IMG/VR virus record: IMGVR_UViG_3300030329_003631
Location: 1-64,000 of that record
Origin: an uncultured virus (IMG/VR IMGVR_UViG_3300030329_003631)
Lineage: Duplodnaviria; Heunggongvirae; Uroviricota; Caudoviricetes
DNA length: 64,000 nucleotides
Strand: one strand, 5' to 3'
The notes beneath the pieces are model-generated. The model saw only the letters and a list, made by a program, of their open reading frames with translations, was not told the origin of the DNA and did no database searches. Within the stretch, counting starts at the first letter, position 1; each line of letters begins with the position of its first letter. The position numbers were made by a program, and so were the translations under genes. Positions 38,802-46,246 of the stretch are shown here, piece by piece.

Positions 38802-40312
38802 TGACACTAGGAGCATATAAAACAAAACTAACTGATGTAAACGGGACTTCTCTCGTAACTTCTACTTATGATAACGCAGAGGGGACTTGTAGTTTTATTA
38901 TAAAAGATAACTCATTTGTGGGTACGGGAGAGCATGGTCATCAGCAGGGTAGTATACTTAGTTATACTGGAGAATCTCCTCCTATGACTGGTCAGCATGA
39001 GTTTTCTTACACTAATCATAATCAGTTTCAAGGGGCTATAAATACGCCAACAGGACAAATTGTCTCTAGTAATAATGGAGGTATTGAAGCGTATACTGGA
39101 ACTTCTTTAAATAAAGTAGAACGTGGATATTGGGCATCATGGCATTTTAGATATCTTAGGATTGCAAGGCCAGATGGAGGTGTTAATGGTAAATGCTCAT
39201 TATTTGAGCAATGGATAGGGAATGGTAGTGTTTCTAACCATCATGGTTTAGGTAATAATGTAGCTTATCCTATAGACGGAATGCTTCATGGGGCTATTGG
39301 ACCTAATTTTCTGAATCCGAATGGATATTTGGATATGGGTTATATTGCTCCTCCAAATGTAACAGGAACTTTTCATTTTGAACTTATACAAATTCCTCTT
39401 CCTAAATATCTAGTTGAATATCAAGCTGGAGAAGATTTAGTATTTTTACTTACTCCTCAGGCAGAAATTGTATTTCCTAGTACGACCCCTACAATAGTTC
39501 CTAGACCTAGAATATTTAAATGTATACAAGATACTGGAGCTATGCAAATGAATCAGTATCCTTGGTATGGGTCTGATTGGGAAAGTTATTGGGATCTCCT
39601 TGAGGATGACCATGGTATGGGAATTGGTGTTGACTGGTTTACATCTGTAAAGGCTTATAATAGTGGTAAGTATTGGGATATAGCTACAAAATCTTGTACA
39701 TCAACACGCCCACCTAGAACAGATTATTATGATTGTATAGCCCTATCTGGAGGTAATTGTCAACAAGTTGGATATACAACAGGTTATACAAGTTTAAGTG
39801 CTTGTCAGGCAGCTTTTCCTAATGGATGTCAAACTCCACCTGTAGAGTACTATGATTGTGACGAAGCTCAAGGATGTATTCAGGTTAACTATGCTACTTC
39901 ATATACGACCTTAGCTGCTTGTCAGCAAGCTTATCCTAGTGGGTGTGGCGATCCTCCTACAACATACTATGACTGCCATCAAGGAAGTTGTCAGCAAGTT
40001 AGTTATGAAACATTATACACTAGTTTAGGAGATTGTGAAGACGCGTTCCCTGAAGGTTGTGATGATCCTCCGCCTCCAGTAGAACCTCCTCATATACCAT
40101 GTCTTGATGAGTATGCGTATAAGTCTTTTTGCGCTATAAAAGACCATGAATGTAATAATGAAATACTATGTAAAAATAAAGATTTTCTAACATTCTTAAA
40201 ACTTATGTCTGTTTCAACGGCTGGTTTACGAGCAGCTGAAATATCGGATGCGAATGCTATAGAAAATATTACAAACTTAATCAACACTCTGTGTGAGTGT
40301 AAAAACTGTTAA
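38801..40312 (+). CDS. Paralogue of the previous gene with three inserted 4-Cys repeats
   Basis: Shares PDG, YQA(x)EDxV, CI and FLKL..CEC motifs with the 37947 ORF; TAATG overlap suggests the start is at 38801. Confidence 0.6.
   Translation: MTLGAYKTKLTDVNGTSLVTSTYDNAEGTCSFIIKDNSFVGTGEHGHQQGSILSYTGESPPMTGQHEFSYTNHNQFQGAINTPTGQIVSSNNGGIEAYTGTSLNKVERGYWASWHFRYLRIARPDGGVNGKCSLFEQWIGNGSVSNHHGLGNNVAYPIDGMLHGAIGPNFLNPNGYLDMGYIAPPNVTGTFHFELIQIPLPKYLVEYQAGEDLVFLLTPQAEIVFPSTTPTIVPRPRIFKCIQDTGAMQMNQYPWYGSDWESYWDLLEDDHGMGIGVDWFTSVKAYNSGKYWDIATKSCTSTRPPRTDYYDCIALSGGNCQQVGYTTGYTSLSACQAAFPNGCQTPPVEYYDCDEAQGCIQVNYATSYTTLAACQQAYPSGCGDPPTTYYDCHQGSCQQVSYETLYTSLGDCEDAFPEGCDDPPPPVEPPHIPCLDEYAYKSFCAIKDHECNNEILCKNKDFLTFLKLMSVSTAGLRAAEISDANAIENITNLINTLCECKNC
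39725..40060 (+). repeat. Three ~37-aa repeats YYDC..GxCxQVxYxTxYTxLxxCxxAF/YPxGC
   Basis: Visible directly in the translation. Confidence 0.85.
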
Positions 40313-40317
40313 AATAA

Positions 40318-40578
40318 ATGCCTAATAATTCTACAACAACTAGCTTAATAAACGCGACAATAACTAATACTAATAACAATATTCTTGAGAATGTTGAGCA
40401 TTTAGCATTAGAAGAAGTGTTTGGATTAGATTCTTGTTGTTCTACTTGGTGTGAAACATTTAAAGTAAATGCAATATTAGAAGAACTACTATTCTTTAAT
40501 GATTCATATACGGAAAGTGAAAGAAGATGTATGATTAATGATTTAAGTAGATATAACATGTTAGGAGGTTGTAAATAA
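40318..40578 (+). CDS. Small Cys-containing tail-region protein
   Basis: 86 aa; DSCCSTWC..RRCMI..GGCK. Confidence 0.55.
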   Translation: MPNNSTTTSLINATITNTNNNILENVEHLALEEVFGLDSCCSTWCETFKVNAILEELLFFNDSYTESERRCMINDLSRYNMLGGCK

Positions 40579-40592
40579 ATAAAAAAAATAAA

Positions 40593-42350
40593 ATGTCTAG
40601 ATTACACAAAAGAACAAATACGGGACCAAGAAGAGCCGCATATACTGTAGAGTCAGATACTATTAGGTATAGCGGCGTTACCTTGGAGGGGATATCTACA
40701 AAAACAGGAGACACAATGACAAAAGTCATTCAAAATATAGATTTTTATGTTGGTTCAACTGTAGATGCAAAATTAAATAATATAAGCACTTCTGGCGTAA
40801 CAAAATATAATGGAACAACTAGCTTTACATCGAATGCGTATACTTTTACGATACCATCTGGAACACTTAATAGTGTTTTAAAATCACTGGGAGACCAAAT
40901 AGCCGTAGAAGGAGAAAAGATCTCTGATATCACGCCTTCTTCAATAAACGAGACTAGGACTCCCGTTAATTATAATCCTAGCGGATCTGATACTACTAAA
41001 TTAGATGCTCATATAGCTGGTATAGATACTAAGCTAGGAACTCTTACTACAGATGTTCTCACTAATACTACTTATGGAGTAACAACTACAGCTGATGCTC
41101 AGAAATCAGAAGAGCATAGTGCTTCAAGTGCTGTGTATGGAAATGGGTGGGTTAAAACTATTGGTGCAGATTCTTATTCTGGAAGCTCACTTGACCTTAC
41201 AGTTCCTGTGGTAACTGCTGCTTATGTAAAAGGATATAGAGTTTCTACTTCAGCTACTTCTACAGTTACATTAACAGCAAATAGAGATAATTATGTATAC
41301 TTAAATAAAGATGGTGGTTGGGGAAATATTGCTATGGCTACAGATGCTTCAGAGTCAACTTTAAAAGCAACTTCTTCCTATATGGATGTTTTAGATACAG
41401 CTATTTACATATATAAAGCTGTTACAAACGGAAGTGGAGTAACATCAGTTACAGATTTACATGCAACTGCACCTATAGGAGCTGGAAGTATATCTAATAA
41501 CAGTGTTACAACAGCATCTATAGCAGATGACGCGGTAACTGCAGCTAAATTAGCTAATACCTCTGTAACAGCAGGAACATATAATATTCCTAATATAACT
41601 GTTGATGCTCAAGGAAGGCTGACAGGAGCTGCTAGTAATTTTAATATAACTAGTGTTGCTAATAACGATCAGTTAATATATAATACATCAACTTCTAAAT
41701 GGATTAACCAGCCAGGTATACCGACAAACACTTCAAGCTTAAAGAATGGAGACGTACTAAAATATAACTCTGGAACATCTAAATTTGAAAATGTAACTAT
41801 TGACGGAGGAATACTTCCTGCAGGTACATCTAATCATGTTTTACATCATAACGGAGCGGCTTGGACTAGTAATTTTATAACTACTAGTAGTATAACTGAT
41901 TTTACAATTTCTAGTGCAGCATACGGAGATGTTATGGAGTATGACGCAACTGCAACTGTTTGGAAAAATGTAAATGGACTTTTAAAATTAAGTTACACTC
42001 ATGCAGATTTAACTACTGCTGGAACTAGTCAGGCTTTTACGCAAGAAATGCCAGCTGGTAGTATAGTTGAGTATGTAAAAGTAAAACATAGCACTCCTTT
42101 TACAGGAGGTTCTTTATCTACATTTACTATAACAGTAAATGATGGTTCTGCTATTGTAAATGGAATTAATATATTTCAATCTGCAGGTGCTGCAGTAGGA
42201 GCTATAGCGACAGGAACAAGATCTGCCACTACTATTCCAGATCATGGGTCTACTTGGAATATAACTATAACTTTCACTGGAAGTCATAATGTAAATACAG
42301 CTACTGCAGGAGCTGTGGATGTATGGATAAAATATAGACAACTAATATAA
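40593..42350 (+). CDS. Tail fibre protein
   Basis: Thr/Ser-rich; IADDAVTAAKL and VTAGTYNIPNITVDAQGRLTGA fibre motifs; repeated GDVLxYN..KW/FxN units. Confidence 0.8.
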   Translation: MSRLHKRTNTGPRRAAYTVESDTIRYSGVTLEGISTKTGDTMTKVIQNIDFYVGSTVDAKLNNISTSGVTKYNGTTSFTSNAYTFTIPSGTLNSVLKSLGDQIAVEGEKISDITPSSINETRTPVNYNPSGSDTTKLDAHIAGIDTKLGTLTTDVLTNTTYGVTTTADAQKSEEHSASSAVYGNGWVKTIGADSYSGSSLDLTVPVVTAAYVKGYRVSTSATSTVTLTANRDNYVYLNKDGGWGNIAMATDASESTLKATSSYMDVLDTAIYIYKAVTNGSGVTSVTDLHATAPIGAGSISNNSVTTASIADDAVTAAKLANTSVTAGTYNIPNITVDAQGRLTGAASNFNITSVANNDQLIYNTSTSKWINQPGIPTNTSSLKNGDVLKYNSGTSKFENVTIDGGILPAGTSNHVLHHNGAAWTSNFITTSSITDFTISSAAYGDVMEYDATATVWKNVNGLLKLSYTHADLTTAGTSQAFTQEMPAGSIVEYVKVKHSTPFTGGSLSTFTITVNDGSAIVNGINIFQSAGAAVGAIATGTRSATTIPDHGSTWNITITFTGSHNVNTATAGAVDVWIKYRQLI

Positions 42351-42375
42351 TTATTAACTAAAAAAAAATTAAAAA

Positions 42376-42696
42376 ATGAAATCATTCGAAGCAAGATCTT
42401 TAGGGCAAGATGGTAGCATATTTGTGACAGGTACTACTGCGGTAACATGTGGAGTGGCTGGCAAAGTATTTATTGCAATCACTTTTCTTGAAGACACAGT
42501 ATTCGCATCAGGATCTGGGGGATTAGTTGCTGAAACAGAGCAACTTTATCCAGACGACAATGGAGCATCAACTCTTATTGACGCAGACGGAGGCGATAAT
42601 ACAGATTCAGAAACGTTTCCTAAGGGTGTTACAATTTATGGTCGATGGACTGGATTCACATTAGCATCTGGTTTAGTCATAGCATATATAGGATAA
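42376..42696 (+). CDS. Small beta-rich virion protein
   Basis: FIAITFLEDTVF..FPKGVTIYGRWTGFTLASGLVIAYIG, a type often found in front of LamG genes in aquatic phages. Confidence 0.6.
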   Translation: MKSFEARSLGQDGSIFVTGTTAVTCGVAGKVFIAITFLEDTVFASGSGGLVAETEQLYPDDNGASTLIDADGGDNTDSETFPKGVTIYGRWTGFTLASGLVIAYIG

Positions 42697-43523
42697 TGGG
42701 AATATTAGGATTAGGTAATACATTAATGCATGGCTCAGTTCCTTCGTCGTTTTTACCATCAAATATAAGCAATATGTTGGTTTGGCTTAGATACAATGTG
42801 GGAATAACATCTGATATGGATGATGGTGGTAGTAGTAAAACTGAAGTATCTTCAGATGCTGGTACTATGGTTGATGACGATAGAATAAACCAATGGAACG
42901 ATGCTAGTGGAAACGGAAGACACGCACAAGGGCCTAGAACATCAGGAAGTGGTAATAGCGATGGATCAGATGATCCGAGATGGACAAGTTCAGATAACAG
43001 TTTAGATTTCGCAAGTAATTCAAAGTGGATGGATTTTGTTCAAGTTGCTAGCGCTAATATAGTTATTCCAACAGAAACAGATTTTTCAGTGGTTATGTTT
43101 GTTAAGTTTACTGATTTAGCAACTAATAGATGTTTATTTGGACATAATGCTAATAATCTACTGCAGATAAAAACTAATAAAAAGATTCAAGTAAGAATAG
43201 GGGATAACACTAATAGTATGTTTGAAGAAGCTTCGGACACTCTTTCTACAGGAACTTATTACTGTATAACACTTGTTCGTAGTAACGGTGCTACAGGAAA
43301 TATAAATCTTTATGTTAACGGAGGAGGGTATTCGGATAAAGATTGGGATGCTGCTGAAAATCATACAGATACTGATGTAGCAACTATTAGTAATATTGGA
43401 GCTCATGCTGATGATACAAATAAGCTTAATGGATTTGTTAAGTCTTTTATAGTATATCAAAAAGCATTAGATGCTACCGATAGAGCTAATTTATATAATT
43501 ATTACTCTGATTTATTTGATTAA
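42696..43523 (+). CDS. LamG/concanavalin A-like tail protein
   Basis: MGILGLGNTL start (TAATG overlap); INQWNDASGNGRHA, LYVNG, LNGFVKSFIVYQKAL. Confidence 0.75.
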   Translation: MGILGLGNTLMHGSVPSSFLPSNISNMLVWLRYNVGITSDMDDGGSSKTEVSSDAGTMVDDDRINQWNDASGNGRHAQGPRTSGSGNSDGSDDPRWTSSDNSLDFASNSKWMDFVQVASANIVIPTETDFSVVMFVKFTDLATNRCLFGHNANNLLQIKTNKKIQVRIGDNTNSMFEEASDTLSTGTYYCITLVRSNGATGNINLYVNGGGYSDKDWDAAENHTDTDVATISNIGAHADDTNKLNGFVKSFIVYQKALDATDRANLYNYYSDLFD

Positions 43524-43526
43524 TCG

Positions 43527-44585
43527 ATGAGATATATATTAATTACATTATTATTATTGGTATATTCTATATCTAATGCACAAGTAGCTGCTGTAAAAGA
43601 GGAGGTTAAAAAACTATTTAAGTTTTCTACATTCTATGCTGCAGTAAATGGAGGTACATCTGTATCTGATAGAGGGGTATATTCTATATCTACAGGATCT
43701 CTAGAAGAGTCTTTAGAATCAACTCCTGATGATTACACAATTTCTTTTGGTTTAAGAAAAATAGCTAGATTTGGATATGAGAACAAAGCCAACACTTTTT
43801 ATGACGGAACAGAGAATAGTTGGAGTGATGCAGCTACTATTGGTAAGGTAAAAGGGTTAGAATTTTTGTTCGAATTAGATTACAAAAGACAACTTGGTAA
43901 TGATTATTTAGACCAAACACATTTTCTTAGATACGTTGCGAATAGCTATATTATCAAGGCAGAATACGTAGAAGACGGATTTGCAGACATACAGTACTTT
44001 GAAACATCTCAAAGGTATAGATACAACATAAACAATAAGCTCTCGCTTAATATGGGCGCTTCTCAGCGACTTTCAGAACCTTATGGGTATAACCCCTTAG
44101 ACGAGTGGTTGCTTTCAAATGGAAGCCTGCATTACACTTATCTTGCAATTCAAGAAGGTTATAATGTAGATGTATATAACTCAATATATACAGATCCAGA
44201 CGGAAATATAGTAGCTACAAGTAGTGAGGTATGGGAGGAAGTTGCTATACCTGAAGTGCTTGAAAAATATGTTGAGAAAAAAAGAGACGAAATGGATAAA
44301 AAGATGCAACAATCATTAGTTTTGGGGTTCGATTTTTATCACTATAAAAAAGATTTTTGGTTACACGCTTGGGGTAACCTAATGCCTTGGCATTACAATG
44401 ACGGAGGAACATACTCTTACCACAACTATAATGATAGTGAACAGTGGTACGATTATTCAGGAGGTTTGATATTCGGATACAAATTCAACAAGCATTTAGG
44501 TAGTTTTATAGAAGGGAAATATAACAAATATTGGAATAGAAAGTGGTATGACTTTAAGTTCGGATTGAACTATGTCATATTTTAA
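43527..44585 (+). CDS. Outer-membrane beta-barrel protein with Sec signal peptide
   Basis: MRYILITLLLLVYSISNA|Q signal; alternating aromatic beta-strands; C-terminal FKFGLNYVIF BAM-type signature. Confidence 0.7.
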   Translation: MRYILITLLLLVYSISNAQVAAVKEEVKKLFKFSTFYAAVNGGTSVSDRGVYSISTGSLEESLESTPDDYTISFGLRKIARFGYENKANTFYDGTENSWSDAATIGKVKGLEFLFELDYKRQLGNDYLDQTHFLRYVANSYIIKAEYVEDGFADIQYFETSQRYRYNINNKLSLNMGASQRLSEPYGYNPLDEWLLSNGSLHYTYLAIQEGYNVDVYNSIYTDPDGNIVATSSEVWEEVAIPEVLEKYVEKKRDEMDKKMQQSLVLGFDFYHYKKDFWLHAWGNLMPWHYNDGGTYSYHNYNDSEQWYDYSGGLIFGYKFNKHLGSFIEGKYNKYWNRKWYDFKFGLNYVIF

Positions 44586-44612
44586 TTTAGTATTAATTTA
44601 ACCAAAAAAAAC

Positions 44613-44837
44613 ATGGACAATATATTTAATTTAGTAAACGGATTTTTTAACAAAATGACAACCTTATTTATGACAATGCTTTCATTCGGAGTGATGGCAG
44701 AAATCTTATTTGGAGGCTCAGTTATGGGCATGTCAGTTATAGATAATGTAATGAGTATTATAAATATGCTTGGAAATAATGGAGTTGTTGGACTCATAGC
44801 ATTAGTAATTTTATATCATTTATTAGATAAGAAGTAG
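44613..44837 (+). CDS. Small two-TM membrane protein
   Basis: Two hydrophobic segments and a basic C-terminus. Confidence 0.65.
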   Translation: MDNIFNLVNGFFNKMTTLFMTMLSFGVMAEILFGGSVMGMSVIDNVMSIINMLGNNGVVGLIALVILYHLLDKK

Positions 44838-44841
44838 AGTT

Positions 44842-45210
44842 ATGTATACCTATAATATCAAATTATTAAGAGTTGTAGACGGAGATACTGTTGATGCTAA
44901 TATTGACTTAGGATTTGATGTTTGGGTTAAAAAGAGGATTAGATTTATGGGTATTAATACTCCTGAATCTAGAACTAGAGATTTGGAAGAAAAAGCTAGA
45001 GGGCTAGCTGCTAAAGACAGAGTTAAAAATCTGTTAGAAGGATGTAATAAGATTCAGCTCAATTCTCATGGTGTCGGAAAATACGGCAGATGTTTAGGAG
45101 AGCTACTTATAGACATGGTTGATGGGCACGAAAAGTTAACAATGGAAAGTGTTAACGAATTATTAATCAAAGAAGGTCATGCTGTTGCATACTTCGGAGG
45201 AAAAAGATAA
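44842..45210 (+). CDS. Thermonuclease (SNase-like) family protein
   Basis: RVVDGDTVD, RIRFMGINTPESR, GKYGRCLG, NELLIKEGHA. Confidence 0.9.
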   Translation: MYTYNIKLLRVVDGDTVDANIDLGFDVWVKKRIRFMGINTPESRTRDLEEKARGLAAKDRVKNLLEGCNKIQLNSHGVGKYGRCLGELLIDMVDGHEKLTMESVNELLIKEGHAVAYFGGKR

Positions 45211-45213
45211 AAT

Positions 45214-45378
45214 ATGAATTTTATAAATAGTTGGAAACAAGGTAATAAGAAAGAAAAATACAAAATCGAATTAAGATTTGGTACTTTTACCTTGTTAGAA
45301 ATCAAGTTTTGCGCATGTTCTATAAAAAACTGTGCGAGATTTAGATTTATGATGTTTAATTTAGGATTTGAAATATAA
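45214..45378 (+). CDS. Small hypothetical protein (54 aa, missed by the ORF track)
   Basis: MNFINSWKQGNKKEKYKIELRFGTFTLLEIKFCACSIKNCARFRFMMFNLGFEI; fills the gap between two genes. Confidence 0.6.
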   Translation: MNFINSWKQGNKKEKYKIELRFGTFTLLEIKFCACSIKNCARFRFMMFNLGFEI

Positions 45379-45388
45379 ACTTTTAGAA

Positions 45389-45598
45389 ATGAAAATAACT
45401 AATGAACAGTTACATAGAGAAATGCTTGTTATGAAGCAAGATTTAAGAGATATTAAAAGAAAACTCTTAGATCCAGATGATGGCGCTGTAGCTAGAGTAA
45501 ATAGAAACACTACTTTTAGAAAGGGCGCTCAAAAAACTTTATGGTCTATATGGATCGCAATTATAGGAATATTAGGTAAATTATTATTTTTTAATTAA
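45389..45598 (+). CDS. Small coiled-coil protein with C-terminal TM helix
   Basis: ATG at 45389 (MKITNEQ..); ends in TLWSIWIAIIGILGKLLFF. Confidence 0.6.
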   Translation: MKITNEQLHREMLVMKQDLRDIKRKLLDPDDGAVARVNRNTTFRKGAQKTLWSIWIAIIGILGKLLFFN

Positions 45599-45599
45599 A

Positions 45600-45884
45600 A
45601 TGGCAAAAGAATTAAACGAAGATACAGGATTTAAAATAAGTATTAAAACACTGATAGCTATTGGTTTTGGTATGGCTACAATTATTAGTATGTGGTTTAT
45701 GCTACAGGCTGATATAGAAGAGGCTAAAGAATTACCGAAACCTCCTGCTCCAGACGTGACTAGAATGGAATTCGACATGAAAGATCAGAATATACGGCAG
45801 TCGATTGAACATACTGAAGAAGCTGTTGATGAAATAAAAGAAGACTTAAAACGAATGGAAGACAAGATAGATAAACTAAGATAG
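45600..45884 (+). CDS. Single-TM coiled-coil membrane protein
   Basis: N-terminal TM helix, Pro-rich hinge, C-terminal heptads. Confidence 0.65.
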   Translation: MAKELNEDTGFKISIKTLIAIGFGMATIISMWFMLQADIEEAKELPKPPAPDVTRMEFDMKDQNIRQSIEHTEEAVDEIKEDLKRMEDKIDKLR

Positions 45885-45885
45885 T

Positions 45886-46245
45886 ATGGATAAAGTAAAC
45901 ATTACATGGAAAATATTTAGCGTTTATATGTTAATTATAATCCTTATGCTATTCGCAGGTTCTGCTTTTAGTCAAGTGAAGGTAATTCAATTTAATGCTG
46001 CATGGAATGATAAAAACACTGTTGAGTGGATCAAAGACTTAAGTGATTGCGATGTGAAATATATAGATATTGCACAAAACACTGATGCTCAGAAAAAGCA
46101 TGAAATAGTAGTTGTTCCAACAATTATTGTTTTTAAAGACGGCGAAGAAGTTAAACGTTTTCAAGCAGACATATCTTTTACTATGAAGGCAACGAGAGAA
46201 GAAGTGCAAGAAATTATTGACGAACAATTAATGAGCGATTTTTAA
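45886..46245 (+). CDS. Exported thioredoxin-fold protein lacking CxxC
   Basis: Signal peptide ..AFS|Q; VIQFNAAWN in place of WCxxC; VVPTIIVFKDGEEVKRF cis-Pro motif. Confidence 0.7.
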   Translation: MDKVNITWKIFSVYMLIIILMLFAGSAFSQVKVIQFNAAWNDKNTVEWIKDLSDCDVKYIDIAQNTDAQKKHEIVVVPTIIVFKDGEEVKRFQADISFTMKATREEVQEIIDEQLMSDF

Positions 46246-46246
46246 T

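Noticed and set aside
2852..46227. Short antisense or alternate-frame ORFs overlapping long + strand genes (e.g. 9517-9756, 27186-27425, 30942-31247, 37227-37544)
   Set aside because: Shadow ORFs of real genes; no motifs and no independent initiation signals
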